This document shows positions 1 through 10,400 of a stretch of 64,000 nucleotides of DNA, piece by piece (positions within the stretch are counted from its first letter, which is position 1; each line of letters begins with the position of its first letter). The stretch is from Candidatus Aminicenantes bacterium. Its GTDB lineage: Bacteria; Acidobacteriota; Aminicenantia; Aminicenantales; Saccharicenantaceae. The notes beneath the pieces were generated by a model. That model worked only from the letters and a program-made list of their open reading frames with translations. It had not been told where the DNA came from and did not search any database. Made by a program: the position numbers and the translations under genes. The stretch spans positions 10,224 to 74,223 of the forward strand of contig JBFYOD010000079.1 of NCBI GenBank assembly GCA_041303965.1, read 5' to 3'.

Positions 1-178
1 CCGAGCGGAGGTAGTCGCCGTAGGAGAATCCTCCCGGCAGGACGACGCAGTCGACGTCCTGGAGGTCGTGGTCCTTGTGCCAGAGCAGGACCGTCGGCCT
101 CTTCATGACGTTCTGCAGGGCGTGGAACGCGTCGAGGTCGCAGTTGGAACCGGGGAATTGAACGACTCCGAATTTCAT
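1..178 (-). CDS. purQ: phosphoribosylformylglycinamidine synthase glutaminase subunit PurQ (N-terminal part, gene continues beyond window start)
   Basis: Manual reverse translation from ATG at 178 gives [58 protein letters not shown], a typical PurQ N-terminus. Lies directly downstream of purS. Confidence 0.85.
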   Translation of the reverse strand, partial: MKFGVVQFPGSNCDLDAFHALQNVMKRPTVLLWHKDHDLQDVDCVVLPGGFSYGDYLRS

Positions 179-189
179 GGCGGCGGCCT

Positions 190-438
190 TTACCGGCCCT
201 TGATGATCTGCCAGTCGAACTTTTCGATGATGGGGTTGGCCAGGACCCGGCGGGCGATCTCGGGGACGAGGGCCTCGGCCTCTTTCTTCGTCGCCCCTTC
301 GAACTCGAGCTCGAAGACCTTGCCCTGCCGGACGTCCTTGACGGCGGCGTAGCCCATGGTGTGGAGCGCGTTCTTCACGGTCTGCCCCTGCGGGTCGAGG
401 ACGCTGTCCTTGAACGATACGAGGATCCTAACTTTCAT
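190..438 (-). CDS. purS: phosphoribosylformylglycinamidine synthase subunit PurS
   Basis: 82-aa [33 protein letters not shown]..., PurS-like size and sequence. Located between purB and purQ. Confidence 0.9.
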   Translation of the reverse strand: MKVRILVSFKDSVLDPQGQTVKNALHTMGYAAVKDVRQGKVFELEFEGATKKEAEALVPEIARRVLANPIIEKFDWQIIKGR

Positions 439-1729
439 CGCTGAAAACCCTTTCGAAAATATAATCTATCTTGTCGAGGTAAGGGGCCAGGGAGAAGCAG
501 CGCTCGATATCCTTAGGCCCGAGGACGCGCCCGGCGCCCGCGTCGGCGGAGACGAGCTCGCGAAAATCGAGGCCTTCCTTCCAGGCCTTGAGGCTGTTCC
601 TCTGGACGATCTGGTAGGCCTCCTCGCGGGTCAAGCCCTTCCTGGTCAGGGCCAGGAGAACGCTCTGGGAGAAGATGAGGCCCCGGGTCGCGCCGATGTT
701 GGCCTTCATGCGGTCGGGATGGACGACCCAGTTCCCGATAATGTCGGCGGCGTCGGCCAGAAGGAAATCGGTCAGGATGAACGAGTCCGGAAAAACGACG
801 CGCTCGGCCGAGGAGTGGGAGATGTCCCGCTCGTGCCAGAGGGCGACGTTCTCCAGGCCGACCTGGGCGTTGGCCCGGACGAGACGGGCCAGCCCCGAGA
901 TCCTCTCGGAGCGGACGGGGTTCTTCTTGTGGGGCATGGACGAAGACCCCTTCTGCCCCTCGGTGAAGGGCTCTTCGACTTCGAGGACCTCGGTCCGCTG
1001 GAGGTGGCGGACCTCGATGGCGAACTTTTCGATGGAGGAGGCGAGGAGGGCCAGGGCCGAGAGGACTTCGGCGTGGCGGTCGCGCTGGAGGACCTGTGTC
1101 GAAACCCTGGCCGGCTCGAGCCCGAGTTTCTTCAGGGCCATGACCTCGACCCTCGGATCGAGGTGGATGTACGTCCCCACCGAACCCGAGATCCGCCCGA
1201 CGGAGATCGTCCGCAGGGCGTATTCGAGGCGGCCGATGTGGCGCCCGACCTCTTCGTACCAGACGAGGAGCTTGAAGCCGAAGGTCACGGGCTCGGCGTG
1301 AATGCCGTGCGTCCGGCCGATGCAGACGGTCTTGCGGTGTTTGAGCGCCTGCTTTTTCAAGAGCCGCCGGAAGGCGCGGAGGTCGCCGAGGACCATTTCC
1401 AGGGACTCCTTGATGAGCAGGGATAAAGCCGTGTCGACGACGTCGTAAGAGGTCAGGCCGAGGTGAATGTAGCGGGAGTCGGGCCCGACGTTCTCGGCGA
1501 CCGAGGTCAGGAAGGCGACGATGTCGTGCTTGACGACCTTCTCGATGGCGTCGATCCTGTCCACGGAAAAACCGGCCTTGGCCCGGATCGTCCGAAGGGC
1601 GGGCCGGGGGATCTTGCCGAGCTTGGCCCAAGCGTCGCAGACGGCCAGTTCGACCTCGAGCCACTTGCGGTACCGGTTCTCTTCGGCCCATATCGCCCCC
1701 ATCCCGGGGCGGGTGTAGCGTTCGATCAT
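428..1729 (-). CDS. purB: adenylosuccinate lyase
   Basis: 433-aa ORF with N-terminus MIERYTRPGMGAIWAEENRYRKWLEVELA and SSSMPHKKNP signature of fumarate-lyase/PurB family. Confidence 0.95.
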   Translation of the reverse strand: MIERYTRPGMGAIWAEENRYRKWLEVELAVCDAWAKLGKIPRPALRTIRAKAGFSVDRIDAIEKVVKHDIVAFLTSVAENVGPDSRYIHLGLTSYDVVDTALSLLIKESLEMVLGDLRAFRRLLKKQALKHRKTVCIGRTHGIHAEPVTFGFKLLVWYEEVGRHIGRLEYALRTISVGRISGSVGTYIHLDPRVEVMALKKLGLEPARVSTQVLQRDRHAEVLSALALLASSIEKFAIEVRHLQRTEVLEVEEPFTEGQKGSSSMPHKKNPVRSERISGLARLVRANAQVGLENVALWHERDISHSSAERVVFPDSFILTDFLLADAADIIGNWVVHPDRMKANIGATRGLIFSQSVLLALTRKGLTREEAYQIVQRNSLKAWKEGLDFRELVSADAGAGRVLGPKDIERCFSLAPYLDKIDYIFERVFSDES

Positions 1730-1849
1730 GGCGCTTCAGCCTTTCGTGTGGAGGACGAAATCATAGCAGTTGGACGAAGGGCTTGTCAACGAACCTCGCC
1801 CCCGTTCAAAGGATTTTGTATAATGGCCGTCTAACCTGGTGAGAACGTG

Positions 1850-2425
1850 ATGGATGAACGCCCGGAAGACGATCTCGTGGAGGAGGCGCGGCGGGGCGGC
1901 CGGGAGGCCTTCGCCGGGCTCGTCCGTCTCTACGAGCGGAGAGTGTACGGCCTCGTCTTCCGGATGGCCGGGAATCGTTCCGACGCCGACGACCTGGCCC
2001 AGGAGGTTTTCTTGACCGCTTGGAGGTCGATCGCCTCGTTCAGACGGGGCTCGAGTTTCTACACCTGGCTCTACAGGATCGCCGTCAATACGTCGTTGAC
2101 GTTCCTGCGGAAGAGGAGCCGGGAGAAGGACAGAACGGAATTCCACGAGAATCTGGCCAGCGTCGATGCCGGCCGGGACGATTCTTATTCTCCCGAAGGA
2201 AGCTCATCGCGGGGCGAGCTCCGGGCCCGGATGGATGAGGCCATCGCTTCGCTGCCCGGCCATTTCCGGGCGTCTTTCGTTCTGGTCGTGGATCAAGGCC
2301 TGAGCCACGCCGAAGCGGCCGGTATCCTCGGCTGCTCGGAGAACACGATCTCCTGGAGGATGCATAAAGCCCGCAAGATACTCCAGGCCCGGCTCAAACC
2401 CTATCTCGGGGAGGTCCGGTCATGA
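1850..2425 (+). CDS. ECF-type RNA polymerase sigma factor (sigma-70 family group 4)
   Basis: Region 2/4 motifs (DLAQEVFLTAWRSIASF, ISWRMHKARKIL). ATG at 1850 preferred over GTG at 1847. Stop overlaps the next gene (ATGA). Confidence 0.85.
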   Translation: MDERPEDDLVEEARRGGREAFAGLVRLYERRVYGLVFRMAGNRSDADDLAQEVFLTAWRSIASFRRGSSFYTWLYRIAVNTSLTFLRKRSREKDRTEFHENLASVDAGRDDSYSPEGSSSRGELRARMDEAIASLPGHFRASFVLVVDQGLSHAEAAGILGCSENTISWRMHKARKILQARLKPYLGEVRS

Positions 2426-3030
2426 GATGCGAGACGATAAAAAAATGGCTTTCTGACGACCAGGATGGGGCCCTTGCGCCGAAAAGGAAGGCCCGTCTGG
2501 AAGCCCATCTCAGGGATTGCCGCGATTGCCGGGGCTATCGGGCCGACCTCACCCGTCTTCAGGCGGGAACCCCGCCGGCGGCGGACCGTTCACCGGATTA
2601 CTGGGCGTCCTTCGAGAGGAAGCTCGGGTCCAGACTGGCCATCGTTGAATACGGTCGGAAACCGGCCCGCGCCCCGTTTTCCGCCGGCCGGAGATGGGCT
2701 TGGGCCACGGCCGGCTTTCTGGTCGTGGCGGCCGTCGGGATCGTCTATTTCGCCGTCAACCGGCCGGGCGGGACACTGGAAACGGCCTGGGTCCCTTACG
2801 AGGATCGCCTGGCCCGGCTTCTCCAGGAAGCCGAAGCGGATCCTGAGGTCGAAAACCTTTTCAACCGGGAACTCCTGGCCTCGATCGCGGACGCGGCTCC
2901 GGATGCGGAAGATGATTATGCCGTTCCCATCGCCGCCGACCCTCTTTTCTGGGAAGGCCTGAGCGAAGAGGAACTCCAATATATTGCCGTGGAATTGGAG
3001 AGAGATACGGGTAACGGAGGTCCGAAATGA
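2422..3030 (+). CDS. putative zinc-finger (HxxxCxxC) anti-sigma factor, single-pass membrane protein
   Basis: LEAHLRDCRDC motif near the N-terminus, central hydrophobic helix (WAWATAGFLVVAAVGIVYFAV), translationally coupled to the ECF sigma gene. Confidence 0.7.
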   Translation: MRCETIKKWLSDDQDGALAPKRKARLEAHLRDCRDCRGYRADLTRLQAGTPPAADRSPDYWASFERKLGSRLAIVEYGRKPARAPFSAGRRWAWATAGFLVVAAVGIVYFAVNRPGGTLETAWVPYEDRLARLLQEAEADPEVENLFNRELLASIADAAPDAEDDYAVPIAADPLFWEGLSEEELQYIAVELERDTGNGGPK

Positions 3031-3530
3031 AAAAATGCGCGCCCATCACCGTCTTTGTTCTTATTCTAGCCCTAGTGACCTTGACCCCGGCCCAGGGATC
3101 CCAGCAGGGTGACCCGCAGGCCCGGATGAGGATCAGAGAGAACATTTCCAACCTGTATCTCCTCCGGCTCACTCGCGTCCTCGAGCTTACGGAGGAACAG
3201 ACGGCCAAGGTCTACCCCCTCCTGACCAATGTCGAAAAGGACAAGGCCGAGGTCCAGCGCCGGCTGGGTCAGGACCTCCGGGACCTCCGGGCGGAACTGG
3301 CCGAGCTCCGTCCCGACGACGCGAAAGTCCTTGAATTGGCCCTGCGGGTCAGGGAAGCCCGCCGGATCATAAGGCAAAAAGACGATGAGGTCGAGGGTGT
3401 CCTCGAAGGCGTCCTGACGCCCTGTCAGATGGGGAGATACCTCGTTTTCAGCGTCGATTTCCTCAGGGGCATAGGGGAGAAACTGGAGCGGGCCAGGGGC
3501 CTGAGGGCCCCGATAAAAAGAACCCCTTGA
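3027..3530 (+). CDS. periplasmic LTXXQ-motif protein (Spy/CpxP-like)
   Basis: Signal peptide MKKCAPITVFVLILALVTLTPAQG, LTEEQ motif, helical charged repeats. Third gene of the ECF sigma operon (ATGA overlap). Confidence 0.55.
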   Translation: MKKCAPITVFVLILALVTLTPAQGSQQGDPQARMRIRENISNLYLLRLTRVLELTEEQTAKVYPLLTNVEKDKAEVQRRLGQDLRDLRAELAELRPDDAKVLELALRVREARRIIRQKDDEVEGVLEGVLTPCQMGRYLVFSVDFLRGIGEKLERARGLRAPIKRTP

Positions 3531-3555
3531 CAAGAAATATGATTTCCTCTAGGAT
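3527..3555 (+). promoter_or_regulatory. candidate sigma-70 promoter (TTGACA-17-TAGGAT) upstream of the tRNA cluster
   Basis: Read directly: TTGACA 3527-3532, 17-nt spacer, TAGGAT 3550-3555, followed by an AT-rich region. Confidence 0.4.
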
Positions 3556-3705
3556 ATCCGTGGTCGTTCTGTATATTTCAGATTAAATCTCTGAAAAAAA
3601 GAACACATTCGAGCTCGAGGAGAGAAGGTTTTTCTTTTTTTCATCTATTTTTCCGTATTTCCCCCATATATAGTTAAGGTATTCGGACAGTCAGGTTGAG
3701 GGCAC

Positions 3706-3778
3706 GCCAGCGTAGCTCAGCAGGTAGAGCGGCTGATTTGTAATCAGCGGGTCGGGGGTTCGAGTCCCTTCGCTGGCT
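3706..3778 (+). tRNA. tRNA-Thr (anticodon TGT)
   Basis: Acceptor GCCAGCG/CGCTGGC, anticodon arm GCTGA-TTTGTAA-TCAGC, T-loop GGTTCGAGTCC. No encoded CCA. Confidence 0.9.
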
Positions 3779-3877
3779 CAGAAGCGAGGAGCGAGCGCGT
3801 TCGCTGGCTGCGGATATCCCCGAAGAGGAGGGATCGCCGGCCGGCCGATCGAGGGCGACGAAAATGCATCTTAAGAT

Positions 3878-3960
3878 GGGCAGGTTCCAGAGTGGCCAAA
3901 TGGGACGGGCTGTAAACCCGTTGCGGAAACGCTTCGGAGGTTCGAATCCTTCCCTGCCCA
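3878..3960 (+). tRNA. tRNA-Tyr (anticodon GTA), long variable arm
   Basis: Acceptor GGGCAGG/CCTGCCC, anticodon loop CTGTAAA, long variable arm, T-loop GGTTCGAATCC. No encoded CCA. Confidence 0.9.
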
Positions 3961-3964
3961 CTTC

Positions 3965-4038
<74 letters not shown>

Positions 4039-4056
4039 CTTCTTCGAGGTCGTCGG

Positions 4057-4129
4057 GCCCAAGTAGCTCAGTTGGTAGAGCACGTCCTTGGTAAGGACGG
4101 GGTCACCAGTTCAATTCTGGTCTTGGGCT
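4057..4129 (+). tRNA. tRNA-Thr (anticodon GGT)
   Basis: Acceptor GCCCAAG/CTTGGGC, anticodon arm CGTCC-TTGGTAA-GGACG, T-loop AGTTCAATTCT. No encoded CCA. Confidence 0.9.
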
Positions 4130-4224
4130 TTTTCGCGTAGGCAACGTCGGGTCCGCGGGGACCGGGTTCGAGGCGAAAGCGGCGTGACGTCCGAAAGGCC
4201 GTCCGACGGAAGGAAAGGTTGAAC

Positions 4225-4374
4225 ATGCGAGAGATCATCACGCTCCAATGCGGCGAATGCAAGCGGCGGAACTATTCCTCGACGCGGAACAAGAAAAAGC
4301 AGACGGACAAGCTCGAAACGAACAAGTTCTGCCCCTCTTGCCGGAAGCACACGGCCCACAAGGAAGCCAAATAA
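4225..4374 (+). CDS. rpmG: 50S ribosomal protein L33 (zinc-ribbon form)
   Basis: Not in ORF track (49 aa). Manual translation [58 protein letters not shown] upstream. Confidence 0.9.
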   Translation: MREIITLQCGECKRRNYSSTRNKKKQTDKLETNKFCPSCRKHTAHKEAK

Positions 4375-4397
4375 GCGAGCGGCCATGACGCGACGAC

Positions 4398-4473
<76 letters not shown>

Positions 4474-4545
4474 TCTTCTCCCTGCAAGACGGGCGGCGGC
4501 GAGACCGGGAAGGTCCGGCCGCGCGAGTCGGACAAAGGACATGCC

Positions 4546-4758
4546 ATGAACGACAAGATTCGCTGGTACAAACGGTTCTGGAATTTTCTCAAGGACGTCA
4601 AGACGGAGCTCAAGAAGGTCACCTGGCCCTCCAGGAACGAGGTCACCAGCACGACGATCGTCGTCATCGCCGCCACGATCTTCTTCGGATTTTACCTGTT
4701 CTTCATGGACGTGATCTTCGCCTGGGTCATCGGCCAGATCAAAACGCTGTTCGGATAA
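4546..4758 (+). CDS. secE: preprotein translocase subunit SecE
   Basis: In-frame ATG at 4546 gives a 70-aa protein MNDKIRWYKRFWNFLKDVKTELKKVTWPSRNEV plus one TM helix. The longer ORF (4444) overlaps tRNA-Trp. Confidence 0.9.
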   Translation: MNDKIRWYKRFWNFLKDVKTELKKVTWPSRNEVTSTTIVVIAATIFFGFYLFFMDVIFAWVIGQIKTLFG

Positions 4759-4775
4759 ACGCAAGGAATCGGACG

Positions 4776-5306
4776 ATGGCAAAAAACTGGTTTGTCGTTC
4801 ACACCTACTCGGGCTTCGAGAAATTCGTCGCCGAATCGATCAAGCAGAAGGCGATCGAGCTCCATCTCGAGGACCAGGTCGGGAAGATCATCATCCCGAC
4901 CGAGGACGTCATCGAGATCCGTGGCGGGAAGAAGGTCGTCTCCACGAGGAGGTCTTACCCGGGGTACATCCTCGTCGAAATGGAGATGAACGACGAAAAC
5001 TGGCTGATGATCCGCCAGGTCCCCAAGGTGACGGGCTTCGTCGGTTCCGGCCGGACCCCCACCCCCCTGAGCAAAAAAGAGGTCGACCAGATCGTCGAGC
5101 ACATGGAGACGACCTCGGAAAAACCCAAGCCCAAGCACTCCTTCGAGAAGGGTGAGGCCGTCCGGATCATCGACGGCCCCTTCTTCAACTTCAGCGGGAT
5201 CGTCGAAGAGGTCAACCCCGAGCGGAGCACGCTCAAAGTCCTGGTCACCATCTTCGGCCGGTCCACGCCCGTGGAGCTCGAGTTCCTGCAGGTGGAAAAG
5301 CTTTAG
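4776..5306 (+). CDS. nusG: transcription termination/antitermination factor NusG
   Basis: [18 protein letters not shown]... NGN plus KOW domains. Internal ATG of the 4413 ORF. Follows secE. Confidence 0.95.
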   Translation: MAKNWFVVHTYSGFEKFVAESIKQKAIELHLEDQVGKIIIPTEDVIEIRGGKKVVSTRRSYPGYILVEMEMNDENWLMIRQVPKVTGFVGSGRTPTPLSKKEVDQIVEHMETTSEKPKPKHSFEKGEAVRIIDGPFFNFSGIVEEVNPERSTLKVLVTIFGRSTPVELEFLQVEKL

Positions 5307-5315
5307 GAGGACGAG

Positions 5316-5747
5316 ATGTCGAAAGAAGTCATTGCCAAGATCAAGCTGGAGATCGTCGCGGGACAGGCGAGCCCCGCCCCTCCGATCGGCCCCGCCTTGG
5401 GCCAGCACGGCGTCAACATCATGGGTTTCGTCCGGGAGTTCAACGACCGGACGAAGAAGATGGACGAGGGCACCGTCGTCCCCGTCCTGATCACCGTGTT
5501 CAAGGACAAGTCGTTCAATTTCGTGGTCAAGACCCCGCCGGCGTCCTATCTCCTGAAAAAGGCGGCCGGGATCGCCAAGGGGTCCGGGGCGCCGAACAAG
5601 GAGAAGGTCGGCAAGGTCACCCCGAAGCAGATCGAGGATATCGCCCGGACGAAACTTCCCGACCTCAACGCTTACGACATCGAGGCGGCGAAGAAGATCA
5701 TCGAGGGGACCGCGAAAAACATGGGATTGGAGATCATCAGTGAGTAA
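5316..5747 (+). CDS. rplK: 50S ribosomal protein L11
   Basis: 143 aa, [29 protein letters not shown] motif. Confidence 0.97.
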   Translation: MSKEVIAKIKLEIVAGQASPAPPIGPALGQHGVNIMGFVREFNDRTKKMDEGTVVPVLITVFKDKSFNFVVKTPPASYLLKKAAGIAKGSGAPNKEKVGKVTPKQIEDIARTKLPDLNAYDIEAAKKIIEGTAKNMGLEIISE

Positions 5748-6438
5748 GCACGGCAAGAACACCATCAAGGCCCGGGAGGTCAAGGGGCCGGAGCCCCGCA
5801 ATTACTCCCTGGAAGAGGCCGTCAGCCTCCTCAAGAAGGCCCATTTCGCCAAGTTCGACGAGTCCGTCGACATGGACATCCGGCTGGGGGTCAACCCCAA
5901 GCATTCCGATCAGATGGTCCGCGGCACCGTCGTCCTCCCCCACGGCACCGGTAAGACGAAGAAGATTTGCGTCATCGCCACCGGGGAGAAGCTCAGGGAG
6001 GCCGAGGCGGCCGGCGCCGACTACTTCGGCGGGGACGAGATCATCGAGAAGATCGCCGGCGGCTGGATCGACTTCGACATCGTCATCGCCACGCCCGACG
6101 TCATGCGCGGCGTCGGCAAGCTCGGCCGCATCCTGGGCACCAAGGGCCTTATGCCCAACCCCAAGTCGGGGACGGTCACGTTCGATGTCAAGAAGGCCGT
6201 CGAGGAGACCAAGGCGGGCAAGGTCGAATTCCGAGTCGACAAGACGAGCATCGTCCATTCCACCGTCGGGAAGGTCTCCTTCTCGGAGGCTAAGCTCGTC
6301 GAGAACCTGCAGACCTTCATCCAGGCCATCGTCCACGCCAAGCCGCCGGCCGCCAAGGGCAAGTACATCCGGACGATGTTCGTGTCATCGACCATGGGGC
6401 CGTCCTTCAAGATTTCCGAGGACATCTTAGAGAGCTAG
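5740..6438 (+). CDS. rplA: 50S ribosomal protein L1
   Basis: 232 aa, GTG start overlapping the rplK stop. [11 protein letters not shown] and ATPDVM motifs. Confidence 0.95.
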   Translation: MSKHGKNTIKAREVKGPEPRNYSLEEAVSLLKKAHFAKFDESVDMDIRLGVNPKHSDQMVRGTVVLPHGTGKTKKICVIATGEKLREAEAAGADYFGGDEIIEKIAGGWIDFDIVIATPDVMRGVGKLGRILGTKGLMPNPKSGTVTFDVKKAVEETKAGKVEFRVDKTSIVHSTVGKVSFSEAKLVENLQTFIQAIVHAKPPAAKGKYIRTMFVSSTMGPSFKISEDILES

Positions 6439-6449
6439 GAGCGAGCGAA

Positions 6450-6974
6450 GTGAAAAAGGAAGCCAAGCAACCCATCGTCCAGACGCTCGAGCGTCTCTTC
6501 GAAACGAACAGCACCTACTACCTGGTGGACTTCAAGAAGATGAAGGTCTCCCAGTCGGTCGAGCTGCGGAAGATCCTGCGGAAGAACGCATTCACTTACA
6601 AGGTCATCAAGAACCGGCTGGCCCTGCGGGCCCTGGGCGAGCGTTGCCCGGAGCCCCTCCGTCCCTTCTTCCAGAAGCCCACGGCCATCGCCTTCGCCGG
6701 CCAGGACCCGATCCACCTGGCCAAGATCCTCAAGGATTTCTCCAACCAGGGGAAGGTCCTGGCGGTCAAGGGCGGCCAGGTCGAGGGCCAATTCCTCGCG
6801 CCCGGCCGTTTCGACGAGGTCAGTAAGCTCACCTCCCGCGAGGACCTGGTCGGCAAGATCGCCTACATCATGGCCAATCCGCTCCACCGGCTCATGCGGA
6901 CCCTCCAGGCGCCGCTGGCCAACGTCGGGATCCTTCTCGGCGAACTCAAGAAGACGAAAACCCCCGAAAACTAA
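6450..6974 (+). CDS. rplJ: 50S ribosomal protein L10
   Basis: 174 aa, GTG start, position between rplA and rplL, L10-like sequence. Confidence 0.93.
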   Translation: MKKEAKQPIVQTLERLFETNSTYYLVDFKKMKVSQSVELRKILRKNAFTYKVIKNRLALRALGERCPEPLRPFFQKPTAIAFAGQDPIHLAKILKDFSNQGKVLAVKGGQVEGQFLAPGRFDEVSKLTSREDLVGKIAYIMANPLHRLMRTLQAPLANVGILLGELKKTKTPEN

Positions 6975-6993
6975 TAATAAGGAGACTCGTGAC

Positions 6994-7380
6994 ATGGAAA
7001 AACTCACCAAGGAACAGTTTTTCACCCACCTCGACACCCTGACCATCCTGGAACTCTCGGACTACATCAAGGAGTTCGAGACCCGGTACGGCATCAGCGC
7101 CGCCGCGGCCGCTCCCGTCATGGTGGCCGGCGCCGCCGCCCAGGCCGACGCCAAGCCCGCCGAAGAGAAGACCGAGTTCAGCGCCATCCTGAAAACCGTG
7201 GGCGACAAGAAGATCAACGTCATCAAGGTCGTCCGGGAAGTCACCAACCTCGGACTCAAAGAGGCCAAGGACCTCGTCGACGGCGCCCCCAAGCCGATCA
7301 AAGAGGGCGTGACCAAGGAAGAGGCCGAAGCCATCAAGGCCAAGTTCGCCGAAGTCGGAGCCGTCATCGAGCTTCAGTAA
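6994..7380 (+). CDS. rplL: 50S ribosomal protein L7/L12
   Basis: 128 aa, Ala-rich hinge, C-terminal [35 protein letters not shown]. Confidence 0.97.
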   Translation: MEKLTKEQFFTHLDTLTILELSDYIKEFETRYGISAAAAAPVMVAGAAAQADAKPAEEKTEFSAILKTVGDKKINVIKVVREVTNLGLKEAKDLVDGAPKPIKEGVTKEEAEAIKAKFAEVGAVIELQ

Positions 7381-7458
7381 GTGACCCGGTTGGCTGAGCG
7401 TCCGTTTGTCCGGTCTCGGAAACGAGGACACTCCATCTCTGCTTGAGAGTGAGACAGA

Positions 7459-10400
7459 ATGCTCAAAGAACCTAAAAAACCGTACCGCGAGAGGGTCGAT
7501 TTCTCGAAGATCAGGGCGGTCTTCCCCATGCCCGACCTTCTGGACATCCAAACGAAGTCCTACGCCGAATTCCTCCAAATGGAGCTCCTGCCCGAAGAGC
7601 GCAAGGACACCGGCCTCCAGGCCGCTTTGAAGGATGTCTTCCCCATCTCCGATTTCAAGGAAACGACGGAGCTGGAGTTCCTCAGCTATTCGATCGGGAA
7701 TTGGGAATGCAAGTGCGGTCGGCTCAAGGGGGTCGAGAACTCCCGGGCCCGATGCAACGCCTGCCAGACCCTCCTCCCGGCGGACATGGAGTTCGCCGAG
7801 AAAGAGGTCTGCCCTTTCTGTGGCGCGGCCAGGAAGATCGAGCTTCCCCTGTGCGAGCACTGCGGCGACCGCGTCGGCATCAAGCTCAAGTACACGCCGA
7901 TGGAGTGCATCCAGAAGGGCTACAGCTACTCTATCCCCCTCAAACTCAAGATCCAGCTCGTGTCCTGGGAAAAGGACGCCGTGACCAAGGCCAAGCGCCT
8001 CAAGCACATCAAGCAGCAGGAGGTCTATTTCGGCGACATCCCGCTTATGACCGAGAAGGGGGCCTTCATCTTCAACGGCATCGAGCGGGTCGTCGTCAGC
8101 CAACTCCAGCGCTCGCCGGGCGTGTTCTTCCGCCAGGCTGAGAACAAGGGCTTCTTCATCGCCAAGATCATCCCGTACCGCGGCGCCTGGGTCGAGTTCG
8201 AACACGATTCGAAAAACCTCATCTGGGTCCGGCTGGACAGGAAGAAAAAGTTCCTGGCCACGGTCTTCCTGCGGGCCCTCGGCTTCGGCACGGACGAGGA
8301 GATCCTCAAGCTCTTCCACAAGACCTATACGATCGTCCCCGAAGGCGGCAAGATGTATTGGGCGGTCACGGACAGCCTCGTCGGGAAGTCCCCCGCGGAC
8401 GACGTCACCGATGCCAAAGGCCGCAAGATCCTCGCCCCCGGCAAGAAGAAGATCACCCCGGAGGTCCTGGCCGCCCTGAAGGACGCCGGCGTCACCCGGG
8501 TCCCGCTCCTTAAGAAGGAGCTCCTGGGGGCATACTCCCTCGTCGGGATCAAGGGCAAGGTCAGGGTCAACGAGGACGTCGGCGACACCCAGCTCGATCT
8601 TCTCATTGGCCGGGGAGAGCCTTTCGAGGTCTTCTTCCCCGAGGAGGACCGGGCCGGGCTCATCATGAGCACGACCCTGAAGAAGGACCTTCGCAAGGAC
8701 CAGCCGTCCGCGCTCGGCGAGATCTACCGCAAGCTGCGGCCGGGCGAGCCCCACACCCAGGAGAGCGCCCAAAATCTCTTCCGCGGCCTGTTCTTCAACC
8801 CCCAAAAGTACAACTTCTCCCGGATCGGCCGGCTCAAGTTCAACATCAAGCTCGGGCTCGAGACCTCTCTCGACGACAAGACGCTTTCGCCGCACGACTA
8901 CGTGGAGGTCCTCAAGTACCTGCTCAACCTCCGCTTTGGCGAGGGCCTGGTCGACGACATCGACCACCTGGGCAACCGGCGGGTACGTTCCGTCGGCGAA
9001 CTGGTCGAGAACGCCTTCCGCATCGGCCTGACCCGGATGGAGCGGACGATCAAGGAAAAGATGACCATCACCGCCGACCTCGCGGCGGCCATGCCCCAGG
9101 ACCTCATCAACTTCAAGCCGGTCATCGCGGCGCTCAAGGAGTTCTTCGGCAGTTCCCAGCTCTCCCAGTTCATGGACCAGATCAACTGCCTGGCCGAGAT
9201 CACCCATAAGCGGCGCCTCTCCGCCCTCGGCCCCGGCGGTCTCAGCCGCGAACGGGCCGGCTTCGAGGTCCGCGACATCCAGAACTCCCACTACGGCCGG
9301 ATCTGCCCGGTCGAGACACCGGAAGGCCCGAACATCGGCCTGATCTCTTCCCTCAGCTGTTTCGCCCGGGTCAACGAGTACGGCTTCGTCGAGACCCCTT
9401 ACCGGAAGGTCGAAAATGCCCGGATCATCGACTACGTCAAAGTCCTCCATCCCGGGACGAGCGACTACAAGATCGGTGAGATCGTCGAGAAGGACAAGAT
9501 GCACAGGGCCGTCGAACGGCTCAAGGAGCAGAAGGCCCGCCAGCTCCCGGTCGTCCAGCCCTACTGTTTCTACCTCACGGCCTGGGAGGAGGAGAAGTAC
9601 AACATCGCCCAGGCCAACGCCGTCGTCGACGAGAAGGACCGTTTGACCGACGACCTCGTCAGCGCCCGGGAACGGGGCAACTTCAAGTTCATCCCCCGCG
9701 AACAGATCCACTAGATCGATGTCTCGCAGAATCAGCTCGTCTCTCTTTCGGCTTCGCTCATCCCGTTCCTTGAGCACGACGACGCCAACCGTGCCCTGAT
9801 GGGCTCCAACATGCAACGCCAGGCCGTCCCGCTCATCCGCCCGGAGGCCCCGCTCATCGGGACCGGCATCGAGGGCCTGGTCGCCGTCGGCTCGGGCGAC
9901 GTCGTCGTCTGCCGCCGGAACGGGGTCGTCGAGTTCGTCGATGCCGAGCGGATCATCGTCCGCGTGGACGACAAGGAGGCCGGCCGGAGCTACGACGTCG
10001 GCACGGACCTCTATACCCTGGTCAAGTTCCTCCGGACCAACCAGAACACCTCCACCAACCACCGGCCCATCGTCCGGAAGGGGGACACGGTCATCCGGGG
10101 ACAGGTGCTGGCCGACAGCTCCTGCACGGACGGCGGCGAGCTCGCCCTCGGCCGCAACGTCCTCGTCGCCTTCATGCCCTGGCGGGGTTACAACTTCGAG
10201 GACGCCATCATCGTCAGCGAAAAGCTGATCAAGGAAGATATCTTCACGTCCCTCCACATCGTCGAGGAGACGATCGAGGCCCGCGATACCAAGCTCGGCC
10301 CCGAGGAGATCACCCGCGACATCCCCAACGTCCCCGAGAACCTGCTCCGCAACCTCGATGAGAACGGCATCGTCCGTATCGGCGCCCATGTCAGGTCGGG

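Noticed and set aside
3769-3809. 10-nt direct repeat TTCGCTGGCT of the tRNA-Thr(TGT) 3' end, as a possible att-site scar of an integrated element
   Set aside because: The copies are only 21 nt apart, so nothing is bracketed. It is more likely part of a processing hairpin in the tRNA spacer.
6946-10389. 1147-aa ORF on the minus strand antisense to rplL/rpoB
   Set aside because: It is a typical GC-rich shadow ORF. Its composition is low-complexity and rich in D/E/G/L/V/R, it has no recognisable domains, and it fully overlaps the strongly supported rpoB frame.
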